Of a stretch of 42,501 bases of DNA, positions 1-9,653 are shown in pieces. The stretch covers positions 1 through 42,501 of the forward strand of contig JAYEGI010000099.1 of the NCBI GenBank assembly GCA_034659035.1, written 5' to 3'. Origin of the DNA: Methanobacteriota archaeon (GTDB lineage: Archaea > Halobacteriota > Methanosarcinia > Methanosarcinales > Methanogasteraceae). The notes below the pieces were generated by a model. The model saw only the letters and a program-made list of their open reading frames with translations, made no database searches and had not been told where the DNA came from. Position 1 is the stretch's first letter; each line of letters opens with the position of its first letter. Position numbers and translations under genes: made by a program.

Positions 1-389
1 GTAGTGTATATACACTACACAAATTAACCTTTCCCTTTGTGGGACATCAAGGCGACGGATGGGGATTTTGTATGAAAAATGAGTAGATTAGCTATGATTT
101 TGCAAGCCTAACTTGACGCCATGGCTTAATTGCTATCCTGCGCCAATCATCCGTTACTCTCGAGGGGGTGTATAGTGGTGGGAATCACGAAAAGGGATCT
201 TCGAAAAAGCGGCGGCTGCCATAGTTCTAACCGCAGCGATAGGCAGGTCTGCAATCTGCAATACCGGTTCAGAGGCGTTTGGCTTGACCGAACAAATTGA
301 TCTGATAGAGACTGCTCTTGCTGAAGAAGCAGGACGCGACGTAACAATATTAAACGACGTGAACGGTCCTCCACAGTGCATGATGCACG

Positions 390-1661
390 TCAGCGTAAGA
401 TGGTGCGGTCACTGAGATCAGCGGCGACCGGGCAGGTAAGCCCACCATGCGGCATCGCGAGAATCCGCGGCTGCCCGCCATCCTCATTCTTTCCCTGCTT
501 GGAGACGGCGGCACGAAGCGCGCTTTTCACGTCCGGCATCGGGATGAAATACGCCTTCCTTGCAAGATCGTCAGAGATATCAGAGACAAGGTAGAGATCG
601 ACGCGCCCGGAAAGCCGCGACGTCAGCACGGCTTTGTGTCCGCCGAGCTCGAACTGATGCTCCAATCTCGAAGGGAGCTCATCGCGCGGGATATCGAGCC
701 ACCGCTCGTACACGTCATTGCCAAGCCCCTCCCCACATTCAGCGACAAGGATGATCGCCCCGCCATCCTTAACGGCATTTTTCGCATTTTCGAGTGCTTT
801 TTGGGATTGATACAAATTTATATCCTTCGGCATCCCACCGGGCGACGTTATCACAATATCAGCGGTCTCTGCCCGGATCCGGTACATCCGGTCAGCATAA
901 GAAACCCCTGCACGATGTGCTTTTATGGGATCTCCGGAAACGACTGCAACTATATCCTTTTTACTGTTTAGTACTGCGTTTAATATGAATTCTGATACGT
1001 GAGAAGCCCCTTCTTCAATATCCTGGCGCACCGGACTATCGGTTCTCCCTGACACCGCGTCAGGGTGGATCATGTGCGCATGGTTCTTCCCGATGCTTGC
1101 AATCGATGAGACTCCTGGAAGCAGTGACTTAAGCCCGCCTGAGTATCCCGCGTAGTAATGAAACTCGATGCTGCCTGTGCATATCACGGCATCCGCATCG
1201 AGAACAGGCGCAAATAACTCAACCGGCGTCCCCCTGCTCGTAACCCGGACGCGTCTGCAATTGTCAGGATCATGATCGATGCACGATATGCGGCTGTATA
1301 TCTCATCACCGACAAGCTCCCTCTGTTCAGCTTCGGTATGTCTTCTGTGCGATCCGGTCGCAAATACGATCCCGATATCGGAATCAGGAGTTCCCATGTC
1401 GTTCAGATGGGTGATAAGCGGCGGCAGGAGTTTCTTTGTCGGGGTGATCCTGGTAATGTCATTCACGATGATTACAACCTGATCTCCAGCGTGTACGACC
1501 TCTGAGAGCTGCCGCCCCACCGGATAGGTGAGCGCATCAACGATCGCGGATTCCTCGTCCTCGACCGCTGGGAGTTCCTGCGGCTCGATGATGCCTGCAA
1601 GGTTCCTGTCCGGCACTTCGACAGAGACACTTCCATTCCCATAGGGCAGCGATATTTTCAT
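390..1661 (-). CDS. larA: LarA-family (DUF2088) nickel-dependent lactate racemase-like protein
   Basis: 423-aa ORF. Motifs ATGSHR, IEFHYYAGYSGG, GKNHAHM and YQSQKALE match my recollection of the LarA/DUF2088 family. No larBCE partners in the window. Confidence 0.8.
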   Translation of the reverse strand: MKISLPYGNGSVSVEVPDRNLAGIIEPQELPAVEDEESAIVDALTYPVGRQLSEVVHAGDQVVIIVNDITRITPTKKLLPPLITHLNDMGTPDSDIGIVFATGSHRRHTEAEQRELVGDEIYSRISCIDHDPDNCRRVRVTSRGTPVELFAPVLDADAVICTGSIEFHYYAGYSGGLKSLLPGVSSIASIGKNHAHMIHPDAVSGRTDSPVRQDIEEGASHVSEFILNAVLNSKKDIVAVVSGDPIKAHRAGVSYADRMYRIRAETADIVITSPGGMPKDINLYQSQKALENAKNAVKDGGAIILVAECGEGLGNDVYERWLDIPRDELPSRLEHQFELGGHKAVLTSRLSGRVDLYLVSDISDDLARKAYFIPMPDVKSALRAAVSKQGKNEDGGQPRILAMPHGGLTCPVAADLSDRTILR

Positions 1662-1779
1662 CGAGATTGTTGGCGGTCTCCGGGGAGTTAAAGGTTGGCT
1701 TGATCGGACGCAGGTATCATAGAAAGATTACCATTCTCTCTTTTATTAGGAAATTCCATTTTTCCATCTCTAATTTTCT

Positions 1780-2340
1780 TTACGTATCCGTATTGGTCTC
1801 TTTCTCATATAGCACCCACCCAGAAGAATCTATTTTTCCATTTGGTAGTACAACCATTGTCCCATCACTTATCTTCAAGCGCGTTTTTCTGAGTGTGACA
1901 TCAATAATCTCTCCTCTGTATTTCATCGTCTCAATTTCCTCACCGATGTTGAAGTGTCGGTCTAATAAGAGGAATATCCCTGCCACCGCATCACTTAACG
2001 CCTCCTTAACTGCCAGGGCAACAGCAAGCCCAACCAAAACTGATGCACCCAAAAGCGGCATGAAAACCTCCTCTAATTTCAGTTCATGCACTGAATACAT
2101 CAGAACCGCGAACCACAGACCATAAACCGTGATTCTTCGCAAGAGGTTCTGCACATCCGGGGGCAGATCGGTGGCGCTTAAGAATTTCCTAATAAGTTTT
2201 TTAGTCAGGCTAATTACGAAGAAAGCGATTACCAATACCAGTATCACTCCCAAATACGGCACAACCGTCTGGTAAAAACCCGATATATCAATTATATCCA
2301 TCCGTGTTACCTCTTCCATCTCATTATTTTTCTGACGCAT
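1780..2340 (-). CDS. small MscS-family mechanosensitive channel-like membrane protein
   Basis: 186-aa ORF. Hydrophobic helices (VVPYLGVILVLVIAFFVISL, VYGLWFAVLMYSV, LLGASVLVGLAVALAV) are followed by a beta-domain-like YRGEIIDVTLRKTRLKISDGTMVVLPNGKI. Shorter than canonical MscS. Confidence 0.65.
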   Translation of the reverse strand: MRQKNNEMEEVTRMDIIDISGFYQTVVPYLGVILVLVIAFFVISLTKKLIRKFLSATDLPPDVQNLLRRITVYGLWFAVLMYSVHELKLEEVFMPLLGASVLVGLAVALAVKEALSDAVAGIFLLLDRHFNIGEEIETMKYRGEIIDVTLRKTRLKISDGTMVVLPNGKIDSSGWVLYEKETNTDT

Positions 2341-2613
2341 CCAGTCGCCAAACTCCGTACCTGGGCACAGAGCCCACGTAGAGCAATTTCATGCTGTTTA
2401 TCGCCCTATGTCATAGTAAACACTGCCATAATACTTAAGCATGGCGGTATCGGGAACGGTCGCGGATATTTCAAGATTTTTTGCATGACGCCAGACAACC
2501 CATATCTTCCACAAACTTTTTCTACAGACGATGACAGATGATCACATTCCAACGGCGCATGAACTGACATAACGGTTCGAACATGAATTTTATGTGAGTC
2601 TTGGAGGAAGCGA

Positions 2614-2982
2614 ATGAGCAAAACACAATATAAAAAGACAGATCCGCGGATTGTATCCCTGGTAGAAGATCTGAAATCCATATCACGCGAGAACGACGCT
2701 CCGATATGGCGAGAGATCGCAAAGCGCATGCAAGGTCCGAAGAGAGGTTATGCGACAGTAAATGTGAGCCGCATCAACAGGCACACTACGGACGGCGAGA
2801 CTATCGTCGTGCACGGCAAGGTGCTTGGCGCAGGTGAGTTGAATCATCCGGTGGCCGTGGGTGCTTTTGATTTCAGCGATGGCGCACGGTCGAAGATCAC
2901 AGATGCTGGCGGGGAATGCCTCACGATTGAGGAACTGGTGGTAAGAGCGCCCAAGGGATCAAATGTGCGGATAATCAGGTGA
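2614..2982 (+). CDS. rpl18e: 50S ribosomal protein L18e
   Basis: 122-aa ORF with GGAGGA just upstream. [35 protein letters not shown] and [12 protein letters not shown] are typical of archaeal L18e. L13 starts 4 nt downstream. Confidence 0.9.
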   Translation: MSKTQYKKTDPRIVSLVEDLKSISRENDAPIWREIAKRMQGPKRGYATVNVSRINRHTTDGETIVVHGKVLGAGELNHPVAVGAFDFSDGARSKITDAGGECLTIEELVVRAPKGSNVRIIR

Positions 2983-2986
2983 TTTC

Positions 2987-3415
2987 ATGAATACAGTAAT
3001 TATCGATGCAGATGGATTGATTCTTGGCAGGCTTGCAAGCGTCGTCGCCTCAAGATTGTTAAGCGGCGAGACCATTGCGATTACCAATGCCGAACGCGCT
3101 GTGGTGTCCGGGAGCAAGATCACCACGTACAGAGAGTATAAGGAGCAGGTGGACAGGGGATCAACAGAAAGCGGTCCGTATTTCCCGACGAGACCTGATC
3201 AGATCATGAAACGGACAATCCGCGGCATGCTCCCGCACAAACGGATGCGTGGACGCGACGCACTGTCGAGACTGCGCGTGTACGTAGGCACTCCTGCAGA
3301 ACTGACAGGATCGGACGCGGGTACGATACCTGAAGCGAGTATAACGAGGCTAGGGACGATCAAATACATCAAACTTGGCGAAGTCAGTACGAAACTGGGT
3401 GTTAATGTACGTTAA
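2987..3415 (+). CDS. rpl13: 50S ribosomal protein L13 (uL13)
   Basis: 142-aa [40 protein letters not shown] are typical of uL13. Conserved position after L18e. Confidence 0.9.
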   Translation: MNTVIIDADGLILGRLASVVASRLLSGETIAITNAERAVVSGSKITTYREYKEQVDRGSTESGPYFPTRPDQIMKRTIRGMLPHKRMRGRDALSRLRVYVGTPAELTGSDAGTIPEASITRLGTIKYIKLGEVSTKLGVNVR

Positions 3416-3932
3416 AATCCCACAGGATAGGATTGGCGCAGTGATCGGACCAAAAGGCATCACCAAAAAAGCGCTCGAGGAACTCTCAACCGCTACGCTG
3501 GATATCGACAGCGAATCCGGCAATGTGCAGCTCATCTCACCAGAGGACCCATTGCAGGGTATGCGGGCGGTTGAGGTCATCTCGGCAATCGGGCGGGGTT
3601 TCAGCCCTGAGCGGGCTGTCAAACTGTTCGGTGACGAGCTTCTCATCTACGATTTGATTAATATGCCCGCAAGCTCGCCAAAGATGCTGACACGCGTCAG
3701 GGGCAGGATCATCGGCAGCGGCGGGAAGACAAGGGCGATAATCGAGAGTATAACCCATGTTGACCTCTCAGTCTACGGAAAGACCGTGGCGATCATCGGG
3801 TATCCCGAGCAGGTGCATGTTGCAAAGACCGCAATCGATATGCTGATCGATGGTGCGCCGCACTCTGTTGTGTATGGTTTCATGGAGAAGAAGCGGAGGG
3901 AACTTACTGCGAAGGGACTTGAGTATTACTGA
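3405..3932 (+). CDS. double-KH-domain RNA-binding protein (aDim2/Pno1-like)
   Basis: The track ORF starts at a TTG at 3375. The ATG at 3405 ([18 protein letters not shown]) is the more likely start and overlaps the rpl13 stop by 11 nt. Two KH GXXG loops are present (IGPKGITKK and IGSGGKTRA). Confidence 0.75.
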   Translation: MYVKIPQDRIGAVIGPKGITKKALEELSTATLDIDSESGNVQLISPEDPLQGMRAVEVISAIGRGFSPERAVKLFGDELLIYDLINMPASSPKMLTRVRGRIIGSGGKTRAIIESITHVDLSVYGKTVAIIGYPEQVHVAKTAIDMLIDGAPHSVVYGFMEKKRRELTAKGLEYY

Positions 3933-4252
3933 ATTGGGTGCAGGCGCGGTAGCAGAAGTGGATCAGGTTTGTGTGCGCAGGGTTCGGTCAGGTTTAAGTA
4001 TTATGGCGGCATTGACCACAACGCATGAGGCGATGTGGTCTATCTTGCATGCATACTGTATCGTTGTCGACTCACCACTGTAAACTCTTGCTGAAGCACA
4101 CGATAAAATAGATAACATGAAATCGCGATGTACAGGCTCTGTACTTAAGTGCAGGGTTTGGTAGCTACGAAAGAAGGACATATATTAGATAATATAAAGA
4201 AGACGAAAATAAATGAAATTCGATGCTGGTATCATCGATAAATCACTAATAC

Positions 4253-5821
4253 ATGAAGATTCGGGAGGAACAAATGAAAGATCATCTATTTTTTTTTGTT
4301 TTGTTGGGGATTTTACTCAGTGGCTGTATACAACAGGAGTTTTTAATAGAAAAGCAACATACTGAAGAACTATCTGATATGATTGTGTCAGAAAAAATTA
4401 TTGCAATAATTGATTCAACCTTAATACAAGAATCAATAAAAATAAGTCCAGATAACAGTCACGTGGCTTATGTAGCTAAAAAAGGTAATAAACGCTGTAT
4501 TGTCTTAGATGAGATAGAACAAAAACAATATAAAAATATAATATATGATAGCCTTGTGTTCAGTCCAGATAGCTCACGGTTAGCTTATGAAATTGAAAAA
4601 GATGATGGGCTTTTTGTAGTCATAGATGGAATAGAAGGGAATAAATACCAGGATATAGGAGTAGGTAGTCTCATTTTCAGCCCTGATGGTACACGAATCG
4701 CTTATGCGGCCCAACATGAAGGTAAATGGTTCGTTGTCGCTGATGAACAAGAAGGTAAGCAGTATGATGAAATTGGAGCTCCGATTCATTTCAGCCCCGA
4801 TAGCACTCGAATTGCTTATGCAACTCAACAGGGGAATAAATTGTTTGTAGTAGTTGATGGAAAAGAAGACGAAAAATATGATAGTTTAGGAACTTCTTTT
4901 ATTTTCAGTCCCGATGGCATGCATGTAGCGTATACGGCGAGGATCGGTACTAGCTGGTTTGTTGTTGTAGACGGAAAAGAAGAGATGCAATATGATAATA
5001 TCAGAAGAGACAGTCTCACATTTAGTCCGGATAGCACTCGAATTGCTTATGTGGCCATTAAAGGAAACAAACAATTTATAGTCGTGGATAAAAAAGAGGA
5101 GACCCGGTTTGACCTTGTTGGATTTGAAAACCTCTTCACCCCCGACAGCAAAAATGTGACACATTCAGCTGTTGATGGTGATAGACAGTTTGTTATCGTC
5201 AACGGAAAAGAAGAAAAACGATATGATGGCATCATGGATGGCACTCCAATCTTCAGTTTGGATAGTGCACATATAGCTTATGCAGCTATAATAGGCAATT
5301 TGAGATTTGTTGTAGTGGATGGAAAAGAGGAAAAATATTATGATGGCATAGGTGATGGAACTATCATTTTCAGTCCTGATAGCAAACATCTTGCTTACAT
5401 AGCTCAAGAGGGTGATGCGCAGTTCATAGTGATAGATGGAGAAGAAGGAAAGAAATATGATGGTATAATGAAGGAACTATTACCTGAGTTCAGTCCCGAT
5501 AGCCAAAGATTGGTTTATGCCGCTGGATCTGGATTAGGGTATGAAAAACAATTCGTGATCATAGATGAAAAAGAAGAAAAGCAATATAATGCCATAGGAA
5601 AAGGAACTATCATTTTCAGTTCAAATAGTAATCATTTAGCATATGCAGCTTCAGTTGGGAATGATCACTATGTGGTAGTGGTGGATGGAAAAGAAGGGAA
5701 AAAATATGATCTTATTTTTGAAAATGATGGAAAAATTATTTTCTTTGACTCTCCCGATAATTTTCATTTTCTTGCGTTGAAAGGTAAATACATATATTTA
5801 GTAGAGGTAGAGCTAATATAA
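4253..5821 (+). CDS. lipoprotein with about 12 tandem PD40/TolB-like beta-propeller repeats
   Basis: 522-aa ORF. N-terminal hydrophobic segment ends in LLSGC (lipobox-like). About 12 repeats of roughly 39 aa follow with consensus FSPD(S/G)xxIAYxAxxGNKxFVVVDGKEEKxYDxIG. Very AT-rich: 14 G+C in the 60 nt at 4501-4560. Confidence 0.75.
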   Translation: MKIREEQMKDHLFFFVLLGILLSGCIQQEFLIEKQHTEELSDMIVSEKIIAIIDSTLIQESIKISPDNSHVAYVAKKGNKRCIVLDEIEQKQYKNIIYDSLVFSPDSSRLAYEIEKDDGLFVVIDGIEGNKYQDIGVGSLIFSPDGTRIAYAAQHEGKWFVVADEQEGKQYDEIGAPIHFSPDSTRIAYATQQGNKLFVVVDGKEDEKYDSLGTSFIFSPDGMHVAYTARIGTSWFVVVDGKEEMQYDNIRRDSLTFSPDSTRIAYVAIKGNKQFIVVDKKEETRFDLVGFENLFTPDSKNVTHSAVDGDRQFVIVNGKEEKRYDGIMDGTPIFSLDSAHIAYAAIIGNLRFVVVDGKEEKYYDGIGDGTIIFSPDSKHLAYIAQEGDAQFIVIDGEEGKKYDGIMKELLPEFSPDSQRLVYAAGSGLGYEKQFVIIDEKEEKQYNAIGKGTIIFSSNSNHLAYAASVGNDHYVVVVDGKEGKKYDLIFENDGKIIFFDSPDNFHFLALKGKYIYLVEVELI

Positions 5822-5951
5822 ATCTATTTACGTTTATACTGCACAAATTGCTATGTCATATTAAATACCAATCCAATGGCAAGAAAACCAAGTATAAGTA
5901 TTGATACTTCCTGTTTCTATCAAGAGGTCAGCGACTGGTGAGATCTAATAA

Positions 5952-7055
5952 ATGTCAGGAAACACATTCGGAACAGTATTCCGCGTAACAACGTGGGGTG
6001 AGAGCCACGGACCCGCAATCGGCGTCGTCGTCGATGGCTGCCCATCAAAGATGCCTTTGAGCAAAGCAGACATCCAGAAGGAACTCGACCGCCGCCGCCC
6101 CGGGCAGAGCGATATCTCAACTCCTCGCAAGGAAGAGGACGCTGTAGAGATTCTTTCAGGCATATTCGAGGGAATGACAACCGGAACGCCGATATCGATG
6201 ATCGTCTGGAACAGGAACGTCGATTCATCGCCTTACGAGCGGCTCAAAGACATGCCGCGTCCAGGGCACGCGGATTATCCGTACGAGGTCAAGTACGGGA
6301 TCAGGGACTACCGCGGCGGCGGGCGTGCATCAGCGCGGGAGACTGTGGGAAGAGTTGCCGCAGGAGCCGTCGCAAAGAAGATGCTTGCAGAGGCAGGAAT
6401 CGAAGTGGTTGCGCACGTCACCGAACTCGGCGGCATCAGAGCCTGCGAATGTGAGATGACGCCGCCAGAGATCAGGAAACGGATCGAAGAGACATCGGTA
6501 CGGTGCGCTGACCCGGATGCTGCGGCACGGATGGTCGAGCTGATTGGAAAGGCGCGTGAACAGAAAGACAGTATCGGCGGCATCGTCGAGATCATAGCAA
6601 CAGGTGTGCCTGCTGGCATCGGGGAGCCGGTCTTTGACAAGCTGGATGGCGACCTTGCGAAGGCATTGATGAGCATCGGCGCAGTGAAAGGCGTCGAAAT
6701 AGGTGCAGGTTTCAGGTGCGCCACCATGCGGGGAAGCGAGATGAACGATGCGTTTCTGGTATCGGATGGGACCATAGTTCCGGAGACAAACGACGCTGGC
6801 GGCATTCTCGGCGGGCTCTCCACAGGCGCGCCGATCGTGTGCCGGATCGCGGTGAAACCGACGCCATCCATCGCAAGTCTCCAGAAGACCGCGGATATAA
6901 GGACGATGCGCGAGACCACGATCACGATACAGGGGCGGCACGATCCAACGATCCCGCCCAGAATGGTTCCTGTCGCCGAGGCGATGGTTGCTATCGTGCT
7001 CGCGGATCACCTGCTTCGAGACCGCGGATCAAAATCCCGAAAGAGTTCCTGCTGA
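5952..7055 (+). CDS. aroC: chorismate synthase
   Basis: 367-aa ORF. N-terminus [31 protein letters not shown] and later [23 protein letters not shown] and GRHDP motifs are characteristic of AroC. Confidence 0.95.
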   Translation: MSGNTFGTVFRVTTWGESHGPAIGVVVDGCPSKMPLSKADIQKELDRRRPGQSDISTPRKEEDAVEILSGIFEGMTTGTPISMIVWNRNVDSSPYERLKDMPRPGHADYPYEVKYGIRDYRGGGRASARETVGRVAAGAVAKKMLAEAGIEVVAHVTELGGIRACECEMTPPEIRKRIEETSVRCADPDAAARMVELIGKAREQKDSIGGIVEIIATGVPAGIGEPVFDKLDGDLAKALMSIGAVKGVEIGAGFRCATMRGSEMNDAFLVSDGTIVPETNDAGGILGGLSTGAPIVCRIAVKPTPSIASLQKTADIRTMRETTITIQGRHDPTIPPRMVPVAEAMVAIVLADHLLRDRGSKSRKSSC

Positions 7056-7080
7056 ACAGAGCATATCACGGAGATTAAAG

Positions 7081-7152
7081 CAGGGAATGTAACCGCGGAG
7101 GTAACTACTCAGGTATGTTGATTGGTCACCCGATTGCGATTCTACACTTTCT
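7081..7152. repeat. fragments of the MITE-like element (an internal piece abutting one terminal arm)
   Basis: 7101-7152 (GTAACTACTCAGGTATGTTGATTGGTCACCCGATTGCGATTCTACACTTTCT) is near-identical to the left arm of the full copy at 9025-9077. 7081-7100 (CAGGGAATGTAACCGCGGAG) matches the internal CAGGTAATGTAACCGCAGAG of the copy at 29708-29726. Confidence 0.65.
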
Positions 7153-7437
7153 CAGGACTTTCAAAGAAACGCAAATTGGCCTCTGATTTTTCTTAAAAAC
7201 CGTTAGCAATCGGACTTGTTGCTGTCTCTCAAGCTGTATGACATAACTTTTGATATCAGGTAACTACTCACGTTTTAGAAACCAGTGGGAACCAACCTCA
7301 TTTGTAAATTGCACCCCCGAATTCGAACCGCCATTTTCCTTCAGATTTACAGCCCCCGAATCACCACAAGCTTTACATGCCCGAAGACCTGATTGGGGTT
7401 ATCTTGTAGCACAACAAACCACATAGTGGAAACCAAC

Positions 7438-8922
7438 ATGGACCGGAGAACGGAAACGAAAATAATCGGGATAAGTGCACTGCTGATGGCAGTACTGCTC
7501 TCAGGAGTGGTGTTTGCATCAGCAGTCAGTGAAGATGGTTCGAAGGATAAAAGTCAGACAATATCAGACGGAGCCACAAACGACATAGAACTTGCATGGA
7601 GAGACGATCTGCAGGACATACATCAAAGCTACAACGTGAGTGAAAATGACGTATTGTTCGTAAAGAACGATCGACCTTATTATCTGGATAGGACAATTCT
7701 GGATAACGATATCGTAGTTATTGCGACCGAGACCGGTGAACCATCAGAGGGGGTGAAAGAAGGCGAGGATTGCGAAATAACAATATGCACAGAGGAGTTG
7801 TGCATGATCTGGGCGCAGGGAAAGAATCTTTCCACTGAGAACCTTATGCAGAACAGAGGGGTGCTTACAGATGCGTTTTTCAACCGCTTTGGAGGAAAAA
7901 TATCTAATCGATATGTAAGTATGTCTGATGATCCAAAAGTGTATAAAGACACCAAGCTGGTAGCTTACGGGTTCAGAATACGTCCTGACGGAGTGACAGA
8001 AGAGTATGGGGGGTATTGCAGTCAGGATTTAAGTGGATATAATGAAACACTGAAGAAAACAGAGATATGGTTCAGCACCCGGGACGAAGAGACTTGTGGC
8101 AAAAGAGCTTTTGCAGACAGTTATCAGGACTGGGCACTCATACAGACCCATGCGAACACGTATTCATGTTCACCTCATGGAAGTTATAGCACGACATGCG
8201 AATGTTTCTGGGACAGTACAGAAACGGATGACTCCAAAGACTATTTCATGATGAGAACCAAATTCAATATAGTACCTGGCATATATGAAAATATAGATCA
8301 TTTTCCAGACTGGCGTAATTACCGCGGCTATGTACGTCACACATGGAAGTACTATAACTATCCGGGAACCCGTGAGATGTATGATGCCCAACCAACCGAC
8401 GAAAGAGGTGAGACTTCTGTCGGCATAACTCTGTCAGCTATTAATGCGGCTTTGACATGGATAACGTCAATTCCAACATATTTACTGGATGACCAAAGTG
8501 ATTTGGGTACGGATGTGGCATTGTGGAAAGAAGAATTTAGTCCTTATTCCTCAACTTGTGGAGAGAGCCCGTTTTCAGTCACCCCGGGTTCTAGCATGAT
8601 GTGTTCGCAGAATGAAGCAAGAAGTGGTGACTGGATAGGACTTGCTTTCTTCGATACGAAACCTGTCTGGATTATATATGGACCGGGATTTTCTGAAGAA
8701 TACACTCCAGGATACCAGGGTTATTCAACTTCGGTCAGGTGGACCGGCTCAGGTTATGAGACACTGACACCCTGTGAGCGCTACGATACCAACGGCAATG
8801 GATACATAGACAAGGACAAGCTGAAGACTGCGATATACGACTATCTAACACCACCTATCGGGACAGTAATCAGCAGAGACGATCTGAAGATTTTGATCTA
8901 TGATTATCTGGACCACCTGTGA
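7438..8922 (+). CDS. hypothetical secreted or membrane-anchored protein with a C-terminal dockerin/EF-hand-like Ca-binding loop
   Basis: The track ORF starts at a TTG at 7393. The ATG at 7438 gives MDRRTETKIIGISALLMAVLLSGVVFASAVS, a signal or anchor sequence. The body is Cys/Trp/Tyr-rich with no family I recognise. The C-terminus has DTNGNGYIDKDKLKTAIYDYL, a dockerin-like loop plus helix. Confidence 0.6.
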   Translation: MDRRTETKIIGISALLMAVLLSGVVFASAVSEDGSKDKSQTISDGATNDIELAWRDDLQDIHQSYNVSENDVLFVKNDRPYYLDRTILDNDIVVIATETGEPSEGVKEGEDCEITICTEELCMIWAQGKNLSTENLMQNRGVLTDAFFNRFGGKISNRYVSMSDDPKVYKDTKLVAYGFRIRPDGVTEEYGGYCSQDLSGYNETLKKTEIWFSTRDEETCGKRAFADSYQDWALIQTHANTYSCSPHGSYSTTCECFWDSTETDDSKDYFMMRTKFNIVPGIYENIDHFPDWRNYRGYVRHTWKYYNYPGTREMYDAQPTDERGETSVGITLSAINAALTWITSIPTYLLDDQSDLGTDVALWKEEFSPYSSTCGESPFSVTPGSSMMCSQNEARSGDWIGLAFFDTKPVWIIYGPGFSEEYTPGYQGYSTSVRWTGSGYETLTPCERYDTNGNGYIDKDKLKTAIYDYLTPPIGTVISRDDLKILIYDYLDHL

Positions 8923-9024
8923 AGGCACTGTCTAAAAATCCAGTGATATCGGTATTTCCGCCCACCACGCCCACCATAGTGTCAAGTCAACTCTATAATG
9001 TCGTAAAGTATATACTGTATGTTC

Positions 9025-9252
9025 GTAACTACTCGAGGTATGTTGATTGGTCATCCGATTGCGATTCTACACTTTCTGGCAAGAAAAAATAACCGCGGAG
9101 GGCACGGAGGAACGTTAGGAGTGGCTAACCGCTTATTTCCCCTCCGCGCACTCTGCGGTTAAACTCCCCGTTTGACTCATGTGGCGTTCCATGCCAAGCA
9201 GTGCCGATATAGCGAAGTCGCATGATCGTGTTTTAGGTACCTGAGTAGTTAC
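9025..9252. mobile_element. full-length MITE-like element, copy B (about 228 bp)
   Basis: Terminal inverted repeats are GTAACTACTCGAGGTA at 9025 and TACCTGAGTAGTTAC ending at 9252. It aligns along its length, in reverse orientation, to the copy at 29623-29848. No coding capacity and no clear target-site duplication. Confidence 0.75.
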
Positions 9253-9508
9253 GACTACCGTTGATTTTGGGGACGAGACTATCGACAAGATCACCACCCT
9301 CACAAAGGAGCAGAAGGAGATTATTGAGAAGCTGGGTTTTGAGGGGGATTGTTGGGTGTAGCCTATAAAACTCGGAAAGTCAGGAATGTTTCGCGAACAT
9401 ATCTGCTACCTGTAAAGCGTGCGTTAATGCCCTGAACGCTAAAAGATGGGTTATACCGACGAACAATGTGGCGAAGGTATTGATTATAGAAGGTGATAAA
9501 AAACTTCG

Positions 9509-9586
9509 CATGCTCTGCGGTTATTTTTCTTGCCGGAAACCATAGAATCGTAATCAGGAGATTAACCGATACCCTCGAGTAATTAC
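9509..9586. repeat. solo diverged arm of the MITE-like element
   Basis: CTCTGCGGTTATTTTTCTTGCCGGAAACCATAGAATCGTAATCAGGAGATTAACCGATACCCTCGAGTAATTAC aligns at roughly three-quarters identity by eye to the right arm of the copy at 29775-29848. Confidence 0.6.
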
Positions 9587-9653
9587 GAATATTCGACCTG
9601 ATCCGGCAGCAGAGTCATTGCAATTATCCGCGAACGATGGATCTGAAGCGTTC

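Noticed and set aside
1-18. A perfect 18-bp palindrome, GTAGTGTATATACACTAC, at the window start
   Set aside because: It lies at the window edge with no context, so it cannot be distinguished from a chance AT-rich palindrome or part of a feature outside the window.
176-415. An 80-codon open frame on the plus strand (…KGIFEKAAAAIVLTAAIG…GPPQCMMHVSVRWCGH) converging on larA
   Set aside because: There is no ATG or GTG start, and only a late TTG that would give about 43 aa. It overlaps the larA 3' end, and no family was recognised. It could be a gene relic but is unsupported.
4253-5821. Periodic nucleotide repeats that might be mistaken for an array
   Set aside because: The period is about 117 bp and in frame, the units are diverged, and together they encode a continuous protein with 39-aa repeats. 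This is not CRISPR-like.
6308-7010. Long antisense ORFs inside aroC. There are many similar ones inside larA, the sensor kinases, atpI, trkH, the mmp genes and the 13692-15671 gene.
   Set aside because: These are shadow ORFs typical of GC-rich coding regions. Each lies wholly within a longer ORF that has clear family motifs, and their translations are Arg/Ser/Pro-rich.
7310-7345. A TTCGAA-containing segment resembling a tRNA T-loop (complement GGCGGTTCGAATTCGGGGG)
   Set aside because: The flanking bases do not form a T-stem and no acceptor or anticodon arms can be folded. It is not a tRNA or a convincing tRNA fragment.
9254-9364. A protein-like open frame TTVDFGDETIDKITTLTKEQKEIIEKLGFEGDCWV directly after MITE copy B
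   Set aside because: There is no start codon and the frame opens inside the MITE terminal repeat. At 37 codons it is within chance expectation. It is possibly the 3' relic of a gene disrupted by the MITE, but this is not demonstrable here.
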